Positions 47,886 to 58,171 of a DNA stretch of 64,000 nucleotides are shown here, piece by piece (positions within the stretch are counted from its first letter, which is position 1; each line of letters opens with the position of its first letter). The DNA comes from a virus: the IMG/VR virus record IMGVR_UViG_3300046168_000026, positions 64,001 to 128,000 of that record. One strand, given 5' to 3'. Below the pieces are notes generated by a model, which saw nothing but the letters and a program-made list of their open reading frames with translations, searched no databases and was not told the DNA's origin. A program made the translations under genes and the position numbers.

Positions 47886-49112
47886 CTAAATATTGGTCTT
47901 AACCATATTATCATAATTGTTTCCAATTTCTATCTCGACAGGGAATCCATCTTTTTCCATTATTGATTTAACTTCCCTAATGTAATTCTCTTCGTTTGCG
48001 TCAACATCGAACAGAATCGAGTCGTATGTATATAATATAGGTACTGACTTTTGATTCAAATTGATTTTTGACAATTTATCTAATATAAATATGTTTCTTT
48101 CTGTTTCAAGCGCTTGTAAAACATAATTAAATAATTTATTTTTATTTAGATTCTCATCAAATTTAATTTTTCTTTGTAAAATAGGTGTAACCACTTCACG
48201 ATTTCGTAAGAAATCTAACCATAGTGAGTTTATGTAATCTGATGTTTTTTTGAAAAATGGTATGTGATAGTACTCATCTTCCACCCCACCATATAGTTGT
48301 CTAAATGTGATTGCCTTTGCTTGACTAATATCTTTTCCATATTGATTTGCCAACCACCCATGTGCTTTCTTATCTAATGGAATATCTATGCCAATTAGTT
48401 TTGATATGAGTCGAATGTGATATCCATCGAAATCTAATTGGCACAATTTACCATTTTCGAATCGTGAAATAAATCTACTACGAGTACCATCATTTTTCTT
48501 AAGTGCTGCGTAATTTACTCCACCAAATGTATTGGATGGTCGTGATGTTGTAGTAAGTGTATTATATTGAGTATGTTCAAGTGTATCTAAATCCGTATAA
48601 AGTCCATTCTTTTCAACCCATTGTAATGATTTCGCATATAGTTGTGAGAATTTAGAAATTTTTGAGTCGACAAAAAGTTTCTTCCAATCTTCGAATTGTT
48701 CGTAGTGTTTCCATATAGGAATAAGGTCATTTGCTTTAGGTGCCTGTCGTCTTCTGAATATAGTGTAGATGGGTTTCTCTTGTACATCGAATGATTTAGC
48801 TTGCCAAAAGAGTGACATTTCTAAATCATACATATTGGGTAAGAAATCATAGTGATATAGAAAATCTTTCATTCCTACTATGTAAACTTCTTTAAAGTTG
48901 TGAAACTCTACCTTTTCGTCTATTTTACTTGCGTCTATGTTGTTGTAATTAACAAATAGGTCTAATGTACCATCTGATATGATTAGTGCGGATACTCGTG
49001 TCTTTATAGGGTGTTTATCTAAACTCGTAAGTATAGGGTACACCAATATCCTTTCCCGATAGAGTTGGGATATATGTTTCTTAAGTTGTTTGTTGCTATC
49101 TACAATTTTCAT
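47886..49112 (-). CDS. compact family A DNA polymerase-like protein
   Basis: TTTSRPS, LDFDGYHIRL (motif A), AKAITFRQLYG (B), YTYDSILFD (C). Confidence 0.8.
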   Translation of the reverse strand: MKIVDSNKQLKKHISQLYRERILVYPILTSLDKHPIKTRVSALIISDGTLDLFVNYNNIDASKIDEKVEFHNFKEVYIVGMKDFLYHYDFLPNMYDLEMSLFWQAKSFDVQEKPIYTIFRRRQAPKANDLIPIWKHYEQFEDWKKLFVDSKISKFSQLYAKSLQWVEKNGLYTDLDTLEHTQYNTLTTTSRPSNTFGGVNYAALKKNDGTRSRFISRFENGKLCQLDFDGYHIRLISKLIGIDIPLDKKAHGWLANQYGKDISQAKAITFRQLYGGVEDEYYHIPFFKKTSDYINSLWLDFLRNREVVTPILQRKIKFDENLNKNKLFNYVLQALETERNIFILDKLSKINLNQKSVPILYTYDSILFDVDANEENYIREVKSIMEKDGFPVEIEIGNNYDNMVKTNI

Positions 49113-49118
49113 CCGTAA

Positions 49119-49150
49119 CTAATATACGAAACTTTTATGAATTATCCAAA
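49119..49150 (-). promoter_or_regulatory. Bacteroidota sigma-A-type promoter
   Basis: TTTG-N20-TATATTAG. Confidence 0.75.
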
Positions 49151-49447
49151 TTAATATCCGATAAACTCTAAGTCAATACCACTTACCAATCCTTTTTCAG
49201 CATAGTAAGGATACTCTTCGCTTAACCAATAGTTTTGAACATTATCAAGTTCGTTTATAACTTCTTCGTATAATTCTGAAGTATCATCATCACTTCCGTA
49301 TGATGCTCCCCATTGGATTCCACCACAAAGTTGTATCAGTTCATTGAGTTTATCCCAATTATTTTTATTGTTCTTAATACTAAGTAATATCTCAGCTTTC
49401 ATCAATTCTGCTACTTTGTCATTGTGGTCATACATTTCTTTGACCAT
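49151..49447 (-). CDS. hypothetical protein
   Basis: Acidic ORF; start may lie slightly further upstream. Confidence 0.6.
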   Translation of the reverse strand: MVKEMYDHNDKVAELMKAEILLSIKNNKNNWDKLNELIQLCGGIQWGASYGSDDDTSELYEEVINELDNVQNYWLSEEYPYYAEKGLVSGIDLEFIGY

Positions 49448-49486
49448 GGTTTTGTGATTTCAATTCCGTATTTCATATTTTTCATT

Positions 49487-49705
49487 TTATTTATACATTA
49501 TTACTACTGACCCAAACTTGTCATCAAACACTTTGATTAGATTATCATAATCACCACTTGTCATTTCTTTCATTAGTGGTTCAAATGGAACACCCACTTG
49601 TTTACAAAGGTTTTTTGCAACTCCTAATATGTAATATGCATTACCTTGAGGACCTGTCAAGTCTATTTCAATTTTTCCGTTACTTTTTGGTTTTGATTTT
49701 ATCAT
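49487..49705 (-). CDS. small hypothetical protein
   Basis: IDLTGPQGNAY..EMTSGDYDNL; own promoter. Confidence 0.75.
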   Translation of the reverse strand: MIKSKPKSNGKIEIDLTGPQGNAYYILGVAKNLCKQVGVPFEPLMKEMTSGDYDNLIKVFDDKFGSVVIMYK

Positions 49706-49724
49706 ATCTCTTAATCTTACACTA

Positions 49725-49756
49725 CTAATATAGTGATAATATTTGAGACTACCAAA
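49725..49756 (-). promoter_or_regulatory. Bacteroidota sigma-A-type promoter
   Basis: TTTG-N20-TATATTAG. Confidence 0.7.
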
Positions 49757-49763
49757 CTTTTAA

Positions 49764-49780
49764 TGTTAAGAAATTGTTAA
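49764..49780 (-). promoter_or_regulatory. TTAACA-N5-TTAACA direct repeat (candidate regulator box)
   Basis: Perfect 11-bp-period repeat just upstream of the -33 box. Confidence 0.5.
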
Positions 49781-50355
49781 ATTTTTGCACCTTGTTGTAA
49801 GTTGGTAAGATATCGTTCAAGGCCTAAAAATGTATTCTGATACAACATAATTGTTCTTTTATTGGTATCAATAATACCTTTTTCTTCTGGTGTATCATTT
49901 AAAGGTCCAGCAATTTTCCATTTTAATTCGAGTTTCTGATAGTATACACTCTCTAACTCACCAAATCCTTCTTCACTTAGTTCATTAATAATGGTACTTC
50001 CCTTTCTTTTGTAAAAATACCTTGTTGCAAAAGAATTGTCATAATCTTCTTGAGTTGGTTGAAACAAATGAGGGTCAGGTATTACAAGATTTTGTTCATA
50101 ATCTTCAACTGCCTCTTTTAATACATTATATTGAAAAGTATTTTTCGCAAGTTGTTCGCTCAATATATAAAGTGGTACTAATTTTACAGATACATCTTTT
50201 ACATATACTGGCTGAGTATATATTTCTCCTGTGTTGGTATATTTGTGATATTGCCCAACCCATTCGTTACCATCATCAGTCATCCATTCACCACCCTCGG
50301 TGTATAGACCCTTTTGGATACTTCCTTCTGGATAATATATTCTTCGTCTTCCCAT
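49777..50355 (-). CDS. hypothetical (baseplate-region) protein
   Basis: Last gene of the tail/baseplate operon. Confidence 0.6.
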   Translation of the reverse strand: MGRRRIYYPEGSIQKGLYTEGGEWMTDDGNEWVGQYHKYTNTGEIYTQPVYVKDVSVKLVPLYILSEQLAKNTFQYNVLKEAVEDYEQNLVIPDPHLFQPTQEDYDNSFATRYFYKRKGSTIINELSEEGFGELESVYYQKLELKWKIAGPLNDTPEEKGIIDTNKRTIMLYQNTFLGLERYLTNLQQGAKI

Positions 50356-52112
50356 TATGCATCAATCATCATTAAGCCAGATATTTTAGTAGACCAATCA
50401 CCACCATTAAATTCTTGACCAATTTTTGTTACTATAAAATATGCTTTATTTTTTATTCTCGATGGTAATCTATCAACGCTAAAACAATCTCCATATTTTG
50501 GTAAATTGTAACCATCAACAGTAAGTTCACATTCTAACCCATAACTAATGTTTGGGTTATATTTTTTATTGTTATTTTTTACATATGCTTTCAATGCTTG
50601 TTTTGCACCTGTAATATCATCTTCACTAATATTATCCCCAAGTGATTCAATTGCTTTTGCTAAATCTCCTGCGTAATCATTAGCATTTTCTCCAATAGAA
50701 CCTGGATAACACCCACCGAAAACTGCGTCTAATTGTGGTGAACCCTCACCATCCATAGCTGCTGCAGTTGCTAACGCAATTAGGTCTGAGTCTAAATTAG
50801 ATGTAAGACTGCAATCTCTAACACCATTTGCAAAACCTTTTGTTAATCTAATCATTGTTGGATTTACTTGTTTTTTAGCTGCAGTACCCTTATTTAAAAT
50901 TAGAAATTTACCTTTTTCAGACTCAGCCGAATCTGGGTCATTGTATAAAAATAATGTAAGATATCCACCTGAGTTTTCATTTATTTTATTAAATATTTTT
51001 TTTAAGAACATAGATGTTGCTATCCTATTTGGAGAATCTTCTTTTCCTGGTGGATTTTTTAGTTCTTTCATTGTGGTTTGCAGAAACCCAATTTGAACCC
51101 AAATACCTGCCAATGGATTACTACCTTTTGTTAAAGCGCTATAATCTGCATTAGGACCATACTTCGATGCCCAACCAAATATCATTTCTAATGGATTTGC
51201 TGATGCTATTTTTGAATCATTTTTTGTTTTTATTTTTATTTTAGAATAATCAAACTTTTGAGCTGCAGTACCGGCAACACTTTTAGAATTTTTATTAACA
51301 TAGTCAATAAACTCATCTAATCTTACATATGGTAAAACATTATCTGTTGCACTATTAAAGAACGATGACCATCCCGTATTTACCATTTGGTGATTAACCA
51401 ATCCAATTTTAGGTTTACCTGCACCACCACTTCTAACTTGAGCTTTACCCTCTGCAGGTTTACCCGTTAGTTTTGATGAGATTCCAACAAGGTTTGTTAT
51501 TAAGTCGGTTGATGGGACTTCTTTACCAGACTCAGGGTCTTTAACTGTTTCTTTACCTACATCTTTTAAAGTCATGTAGTCAACATCTAAAACACCATCT
51601 GCCGCTCCTGCTACTTTTAAACTAACATCGTAACTTAAATCAGAGTTAATAGTGAAATTAAATCCTGTGATTTCACCTGTTACTGTTTTTGCATTTCCAC
51701 CAACCCATCCTATCGTAATCTTTACTCGTTGTCTTGGTGTCATAAAGTTTTTTTCGATATGGTCAAAATGAGCTTGATTATAAACTTTACAATTACAACT
51801 TGCTTCAAATAACATTGCGTCTGATATATCTTGCCCACCATCGTTATTTATAGAAATACTTTCTAATACAGGAAAAGGTGTTAATCTACCACTATCATCT
51901 GTAAGCAAGTCTGCGTGTGTAGAACTATTAGTAATACTTTCTATTGACTTAAATGAACTGGAAGAACATTTAACAATTCCACCACCTGTAAGTGTAATTT
52001 TTCCATAAGCTCTACTGTGAAGTCCTACTCCTGAGACACCAATGCTACTTGCATTACTTGACATTTGCTGTGTTGGTCTTGGCAATGCTCTTGCACCTAA
52101 TTGAAAACTCAT
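50355..52112 (-). CDS. putative baseplate hub / tail protein
   Basis: Follows the LysM protein; ends ITKIGQ..WSTKI like hub proteins. Confidence 0.55.
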   Translation of the reverse strand: MSFQLGARALPRPTQQMSSNASSIGVSGVGLHSRAYGKITLTGGGIVKCSSSSFKSIESITNSSTHADLLTDDSGRLTPFPVLESISINNDGGQDISDAMLFEASCNCKVYNQAHFDHIEKNFMTPRQRVKITIGWVGGNAKTVTGEITGFNFTINSDLSYDVSLKVAGAADGVLDVDYMTLKDVGKETVKDPESGKEVPSTDLITNLVGISSKLTGKPAEGKAQVRSGGAGKPKIGLVNHQMVNTGWSSFFNSATDNVLPYVRLDEFIDYVNKNSKSVAGTAAQKFDYSKIKIKTKNDSKIASANPLEMIFGWASKYGPNADYSALTKGSNPLAGIWVQIGFLQTTMKELKNPPGKEDSPNRIATSMFLKKIFNKINENSGGYLTLFLYNDPDSAESEKGKFLILNKGTAAKKQVNPTMIRLTKGFANGVRDCSLTSNLDSDLIALATAAAMDGEGSPQLDAVFGGCYPGSIGENANDYAGDLAKAIESLGDNISEDDITGAKQALKAYVKNNNKKYNPNISYGLECELTVDGYNLPKYGDCFSVDRLPSRIKNKAYFIVTKIGQEFNGGDWSTKISGLMMIDA

Positions 52113-52115
52113 AAC

Positions 52116-52421
52116 TTAATCTTCTATTTTATTTAACGCATCATACTCACTTACAAACTTTAGTGTATCGTTGGGAATTCTTAATTGTATTCCAACTTCT
52201 GGAAACAAAGTACCTTTTCCTATATTATTAGCTCTGGCTATAATCCACCACAATGTAGGGTCTGAATAATATTCCCATGCTAAATTATCTAACCTATCAC
52301 CTTCTTTTGTTATAATGTAAGTATCATTAATTTCAGGATTTATTATAGGATATACTAATGTAGTAGAGTACTTTCGTTCACCCTCTTTTTTAATTACTGG
52401 TATGTTATCGTATCTTTTCAT
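52116..52421 (-). CDS. LysM-domain baseplate protein (gp53 / P2 gpX-like)
   Basis: GDRLDNLAWEYY.DPTLWWIIARAN..LRIP. Confidence 0.85.
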   Translation of the reverse strand: MKRYDNIPVIKKEGERKYSTTLVYPIINPEINDTYIITKEGDRLDNLAWEYYSDPTLWWIIARANNIGKGTLFPEVGIQLRIPNDTLKFVSEYDALNKIED

Positions 52422-52423
52422 AT

Positions 52424-55213
52424 TTAACTCGCACCTTGAATTCTAAAATCACTACTAAAAACAAATACCTCACCACTATCATATTCGTGTATATTATTTC
52501 CAAGTACAGTAGCACCTACCGCAACATCAATACCCATTGGTAATCCAAAATCTACATCCCATGCAACCTCGTCTGAGTATGTATATGATAATGATGTTAA
52601 TATCATTGGTGTTTCTACATACAACTTACCAACTGTTAGTTTTAATTCTTTGTTCGTACTACTACCCGGCGCAGTATATCCTGCTCCTGTATAATTTGGC
52701 ATTGTATAAGTTGCTAATCGTTCTAACTTAGTCCACAATGGTTGCATCTCAACTCTTGATGTTGGGTATACTTTAAAATTAAATGATATGTCTCGTTTAA
52801 ATGACTCATAAACATATACAGGTTCTGCTCTACCACTATATTTTATTTCAGTATAACTTGGTGAGAAGTTCTCTGCTAACCCTGTTACAGTTCCTCTAAA
52901 TTGTAGATTACTCTTGTCAGTACCTAATCTGAAAACTAAATTAACTAAGTCTGATTGAATTGTGTCACCAATTTTTGATGCTTGTATTTTATCGTAATGC
53001 GATGACCAATTAGTAAGCTTTGAGTCATCATATGTCATGTCCGTTTGACCAGTTCTAGCCTTACCATCTACATAGACAGGTTTACCTGGACTTGGGAAGC
53101 TAAATTTTGTTTCTATACTTTCTTTGTCATAGTCTTTTGATTCTGCATTACCCCTTGAACCACCATCTAACTCTTTCCTAAAATCAGATGGCTTTACAGG
53201 TGTAGCTCCAAGCTGCGCTCTATCATCTGCCATATCCATTAACTGACCATGAGAAATCATCATATAATCCCCAATGTCAACAATATCTGGCCCTACTAAT
53301 CCATCTGATTTAACAAGGTTTGGTTTGTTATCTTCATTGAACTTTTGTATTTTACCTAATTGTTCTACTACACCATATTTCTTAAGGTCTTCTGGGTCAG
53401 TTGGTATAGATTTAAAATATGTTTCTTCAGTTTCTTCATTTTTTTCTTTAAAAAAGAACTTTTGAGTGTAATCAGATAGACCTGTAATTTTATTACCAGT
53501 TGCGATTGCACCCAATCCTTTTATAAATGAATTTGTGTATCTTTTTACAAAAGTCTGACCAATACCATATAAGGAATCAGTACCACCACTAAATGTTTTT
53601 AAGTCACTACCAATTTCAATCGTACCAAAACTATCATATAACGAAATTAGATTATTTTTTGGTTTTTGAAGATTACCTTCAATGACACCACCTATTTTTG
53701 TGTATTTTCCTAGCGTATCTAATCCAAGGATACCACTTCTATCAGGTTTAAATCCTATTTGTTGACCACCTATCGCAGCTAAGAAGTTTGCAGGAGTCCA
53801 AATTTTATTATATGTGTTACTTCTCTGATTTCCAATTTGTGTTGCAGACCATAGTAAACCTTTTACTGATAAAAAGAATGAACCCATCCTTACTAAGTCT
53901 ATTGCAGCTCTTTCAGTTGAAGCAACTGCTCCACCACGAATTAAACCATCATCAATTGGGAATCCAAATCCCCAACTTTGAGGTTCACCTTTTTTCTTTC
54001 GTTGTATACCTCTTAAAACATATGGTTGAGGTATTAAACTAAATTTATTTGCTTCTGGGTCTTGAAGATTGAATTTAGAGTACATTTCGTCTAAGAAAGA
54101 TGGCGATTGTCTTTGTTGTAATAAATCACCAATACTTGTATATGAATCTATGTATCTATCACCATCTGGTGAGTATCTTTGTGTATCACCAATTGCTTTT
54201 CCTACCTTATATTGACCATATCCGGCTTGAAATGATATTCCAGGACTTTGTTGACTAAAATTACTTAATAATGACGATGCGTTATCAAATTGAGTACCAT
54301 TTATACCTGTAAATTTAGTATCATCTTTGGTTCTCATAAATGGTGAGAATCCAACTGCTTTATCATCGGTAAAGAAATTAACCTGTTGTGGTACTTCAAG
54401 TCCTTGACCTTCTAAGTTACCATTGAAAGTAAAATCATTAGGTGTCGTTTCACCTTTAAATTTATCACCTTGTCCTGCAACTGGTGGAGTCGTTTCACCT
54501 AAAAATGATTCACCAGTTTGTTTTAACATTTCGTTAGGTGTCGTTTCACCTAAAAACTTAGAACTTCTATCTGATTCATTGGGTGTCGTTTCACCTAAAA
54601 ACTTTGAAGACCTATCTGATTCATTGGGCGTTGTTTCACCTAAAAACTTTGAAGACCTATCTGATTCATTGGGTGTTGTTTCACCTAAAAACTTAGAACT
54701 TCTATCTGATTCGTTAGGTGTTGTCTCACCTAAGAAGTTTTGTGCAAATTTAAACTCTTTAGGAGTTGTCTCACCTAAAAACTTTTGTGTAAACTTAAAC
54801 TCTTTTGCTTCAGTCTCACCTTTAAACTTTTCTGTCTGATTTGCAAGTGTAGGGTTTGTTTCACCTTTAAACTTTTCTGTCTGATTTGCAAGTGTAGGGT
54901 TTGTTTCACCTTTAAACTTTTCTGTCTGATTAACAAGTGTTGGGTCGGTTTGTCCTTTGAACTTATCACCTTGTGTTACTTCATTTGCTTCAGTCTCACC
55001 CTTGAACTTATCACCTTGTGTTACTTTATTCTGAGAAGTACCTACTTTTTCAGGAGTTTGTCTTGAATATTGTACATCATTTTTTGTTTTTATTTTATCA
55101 GTTAATGGTACAGTATTAAACGCAGAAGGTTCTATTCTTGCTTTTACTTCAAGAGGTTCACTTTTTGGCTTTCTGTAATCACCAAGATTTGATTTTAAGT
55201 CTTTTAACGACAT
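52424..55213 (-). CDS. baseplate / tail-tube-initiator-like protein with N-terminal repeats
   Basis: C-terminal FRG..GRAEPVYVY..RDISFNF tube-like domain; located after the tape measure. Confidence 0.65.
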   Translation of the reverse strand: MSLKDLKSNLGDYRKPKSEPLEVKARIEPSAFNTVPLTDKIKTKNDVQYSRQTPEKVGTSQNKVTQGDKFKGETEANEVTQGDKFKGQTDPTLVNQTEKFKGETNPTLANQTEKFKGETNPTLANQTEKFKGETEAKEFKFTQKFLGETTPKEFKFAQNFLGETTPNESDRSSKFLGETTPNESDRSSKFLGETTPNESDRSSKFLGETTPNESDRSSKFLGETTPNEMLKQTGESFLGETTPPVAGQGDKFKGETTPNDFTFNGNLEGQGLEVPQQVNFFTDDKAVGFSPFMRTKDDTKFTGINGTQFDNASSLLSNFSQQSPGISFQAGYGQYKVGKAIGDTQRYSPDGDRYIDSYTSIGDLLQQRQSPSFLDEMYSKFNLQDPEANKFSLIPQPYVLRGIQRKKKGEPQSWGFGFPIDDGLIRGGAVASTERAAIDLVRMGSFFLSVKGLLWSATQIGNQRSNTYNKIWTPANFLAAIGGQQIGFKPDRSGILGLDTLGKYTKIGGVIEGNLQKPKNNLISLYDSFGTIEIGSDLKTFSGGTDSLYGIGQTFVKRYTNSFIKGLGAIATGNKITGLSDYTQKFFFKEKNEETEETYFKSIPTDPEDLKKYGVVEQLGKIQKFNEDNKPNLVKSDGLVGPDIVDIGDYMMISHGQLMDMADDRAQLGATPVKPSDFRKELDGGSRGNAESKDYDKESIETKFSFPSPGKPVYVDGKARTGQTDMTYDDSKLTNWSSHYDKIQASKIGDTIQSDLVNLVFRLGTDKSNLQFRGTVTGLAENFSPSYTEIKYSGRAEPVYVYESFKRDISFNFKVYPTSRVEMQPLWTKLERLATYTMPNYTGAGYTAPGSSTNKELKLTVGKLYVETPMILTSLSYTYSDEVAWDVDFGLPMGIDVAVGATVLGNNIHEYDSGEVFVFSSDFRIQGAS
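54430..55025 (-). repeat. ~13 tandem ~45-bp coding repeats, unit F(K/L)GETxP-x8
   Basis: FLGETTPNESDRSSK x4, FKGETNPTLANQTEK x2, plus degenerate copies. Confidence 0.95.
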
Positions 55214-57599
55214 TATGTTCCTCTACTTTGTCTTGTTCTCTGTGTTCTTGATATTTCACTAACTACTTTATTATCAAATACTATTTGTATTGGTTGACTC
55301 TTTATGTCAGCTCTCAACAATTTAAGTTCTTCTAATAATGGGTCACTTTCACCACCACCACCTGCGGTTGCACCACCACCATCGTCACCACCTGCTCCAA
55401 ATGCTCCTGCAATCATTGGTAACATAAGTCCTAATGCGAATACTGTTCCAAGGAATGGTGTTATCATCAATAGACCCATTGCGAATGGCATCATCGCCAA
55501 TCCTACTGCCGCAAGTCCTGCCGCCAAGGAAAGTAAACCTGGTGCGACTAACACTAATTGACTTAATCCTGCGGCTAATGCGGATATTGCTGGAACTGCT
55601 GCAATCAATATCATAGATGCGAGTCCAAATGCAAGAATACCCGGCGTTGCGTAAAGTAATCCAAGACCCAATGCCAACATACCAATACCAAGTAAACTTA
55701 ATATAGCGGTTAATGGTATTAATGCGGGAGCAATCATAATCAGACCCATTAAGGATTCTGTAAGATTACCCATCATTTCAAATCCTTTTGCAATTTCTTG
55801 TATTGCGTATCCAAGAACTAATAATGCTGCGGCTATAATTAACATTGCGGCTGCACCTGCGAGAATCGCAACTGCCCCAACACCACTCATCATTATTGCA
55901 CCTACCAATGCCAATGCACCTACTAATGCTAACATGGATACAACTGCCATACCAATAGCTTTCCACTCTACCTTCATAAATTCTTGTACTGCTTTTGCGA
56001 ATACAAATACGGCTGCCGCTACAAGTAATAATGCCGCACCACCTGCGAGTAGTTTCTTGGCGTCAATACCTTGAACTGCCTTAGTCATACCACTCATTCC
56101 TTTACCACCGCCTGATTTTAATTTTGGTGTTTTTGGTGTTTTTGCTTTAGGTCCACCACCACCACTACCTGGTGCACCACTAAAGAAACTCTTACCACCT
56201 AATTTGTTCATTATACCATATTGTATAATCATTGAAGCAAGTTGTTTTCCTGTTTCCATTAAACCTTGCCCCATACTGGTAGCTCCTGCGGATAGGAATC
56301 CGTAAACTTGTGCACCTTTTTCACCAAACTTTGATTGTAACTCTGCGTTCTTTTCTTGAGTCTGTAACATATTACCCAACTCATCTGCAGACATTCCAAT
56401 TGCGTCAGCATATATCTGTTGTTGTTTACGACCCATTTTACCAAAGTCTGCCGCAGATACACCTGCGTCATTTATAGCCTTCATCATCATTTCAGCACCC
56501 TTGGCTTGGTCACCGAATTGCATTTCAGCCGCAGCTGCGGTCATAGCTTGTTGGTCAGGTAACATTTCACCTAATCCAAATGCTCTTGCTTTCATCTGTT
56601 TTTGGATACTACCTTCTATATCTAACATATTGTCAGATACCGCATTTAGTTTATCCATTGACATTCCTTGTTTAACAAGTTCTGCTGATTTTTTTGCTAA
56701 TACTTTAATTTCTTCTTTTGACATTCCCCAACATTTGGTTTTGTTGACTTGCCATATCCTTTAAAACTGCGGATGCGTTGACACCGACACCACTTGCGAT
56801 GTCTTTTATCTCAGATGTCATATCACTTGCGTCAGCACCTGCTTGTTCAAATATTTGTTGCATTGCGACTGCACCAGCACCATCACCTAATAAGTTGGAT
56901 AGTTCTGCTACATCTTTTAATGTTTCTGAGTTTATGTGTTGAGTCGTTCCAAATGCGTCACTCATTGCCGTTGCAGCTGCTGCCGCATCTTCTGCACTTA
57001 CTGTTAGTGAGAACATCGATGCACCTTGAATACTTGAAGCTAATCCTGCTGCTTCATTTGCTGATAGACCTATTGTCTTATATAAATCTATTGCAGTATC
57101 GTAAGTTCCAGTAAATGCCTCTTTTGCTGCACCAATACCTTCAGTAAATGCTTTTGCACCAAGAGCCATTACACCACCTGCCATAAACAAGTCTGCAAGT
57201 TCTGATGAGTATCCTAATGATTCTTTTAATTTATCGTTTTGGTCCTTTAAGTATATCTTCGTATTCTTTTGCTTTGTCTACTTGTTTTCGAAGTTCTATA
57301 TTTCGTTTTTCATCACCCTCAAGAAGTTTAATTGAAGTGTCTAATTGTGCTAATAATCCTTTATTTAGGAATTTACCACTCTTTACAGTTTCTTCTATGT
57401 ATTCTTTTCTGGCTTCAACAAGTTTATTTAATTGGTCAGATGCGGTTGTTTGTGATTTTAGATTGTCTGCTAATTTTGAGGCAAACTCATTTGCAGCCTT
57501 GGTATTCTTTCCTGCTTTAGCAAGAACATCAGCTAAGTCATTGGCGTAATTTCTAGCGCCAAGAAATGATTCTTCAATCTTTTTGTAATCATCTGCCAT
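55213..57599 (-). CDS. tape measure protein, split into three ORFs by two +1 homopolymer insertions
   Basis: Ala/Gly-rich helical and hydrophobic segments; deleting one base near 57246 and one near 56727 gives a continuous frame (EDILKDQNDKLKESLG.., QMLGMSKEEIK). Confidence 0.75.
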
Positions 57600-57602
57600 T
57601 TA

Positions 57603-57874
57603 GAACCCTAAAGTTATTTTTAACCTTAAACTTTTTCAAGATAAAATCAGGAGAACTTTATCTAAAGAACCATATGTTTTAATCAATAGCTCTTTTTGTT
57701 CTTTATCTATCTGTACAACCCTTTGTTTAGACGCTTCAATGTCTTTTTCAATTTGTTTAAGTTTGTTGTCGGTTTTAGCTTTTCTATTCTGTGAAAGATT
57801 CTATCAATAAAACCCTCATCTACCCCTTTGGAAGATAAGACCTCTCTTAATTTAGTTGCTTTGATGGTTTTCAT
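57603..57874 (-). CDS. small hypothetical protein with apparent indel(s); 3' end uncertain
   Basis: MKTIKATKLREVLSSKGVDEGFIDRIF..; adding one A near 57781 gives ..EKAKTDNKLKQIEKDIE..; preceded by TATTTATA. Confidence 0.45.
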
Positions 57875-57907
57875 ATAATATCCCTTTGTTATATTCTATA
57901 AATATGT

Positions 57908-57933
57908 AAAAACCCAACAAATATGTCGGGTTC
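57908..57933 (-). terminator. rho-independent terminator
   Basis: AACCCGACA-TATT-TGTTGGGTT then T-run on the minus strand. Confidence 0.65.
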
Positions 57934-57944
57934 TTATACTACTA

Positions 57945-58171
57945 TTATTTTCTTGGTGTTTTTGACTTGATTTTTCTCATTTCTTTATCATGTGCCTTTT
58001 TTTCTTCTTGTTTGAATTCTATTATCTTACCGATATAGAAGTTTCTCGCCCAAACAGGCATATTGTAGACATCGGTGTGACTAAACCCACCATTTCCATG
58101 ATATATGAGGTCAAAAATTTGAGAATGTAAATGCTTTCTATAATCACTCGGAAGGCCAAAAAAACCCGACA
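57945..58171 (-). CDS. tail-assembly chaperone extension / gp51-like small protein
   Basis: IFDLIYHG.GGF..DVYNMPVWARNFY; overlaps the upstream gene at a T7 run. Confidence 0.6.

Noticed and set aside
54430-55025. Possible CRISPR array
   Set aside because: The repeats are in-frame 45-bp coding units without unique spacers, and no cas operon is present.
55213-57599. Programmed frameshifting in the tape measure
   Set aside because: The breaks are at short, non-slippery runs and cluster with other indels, so sequencing error explains them better.
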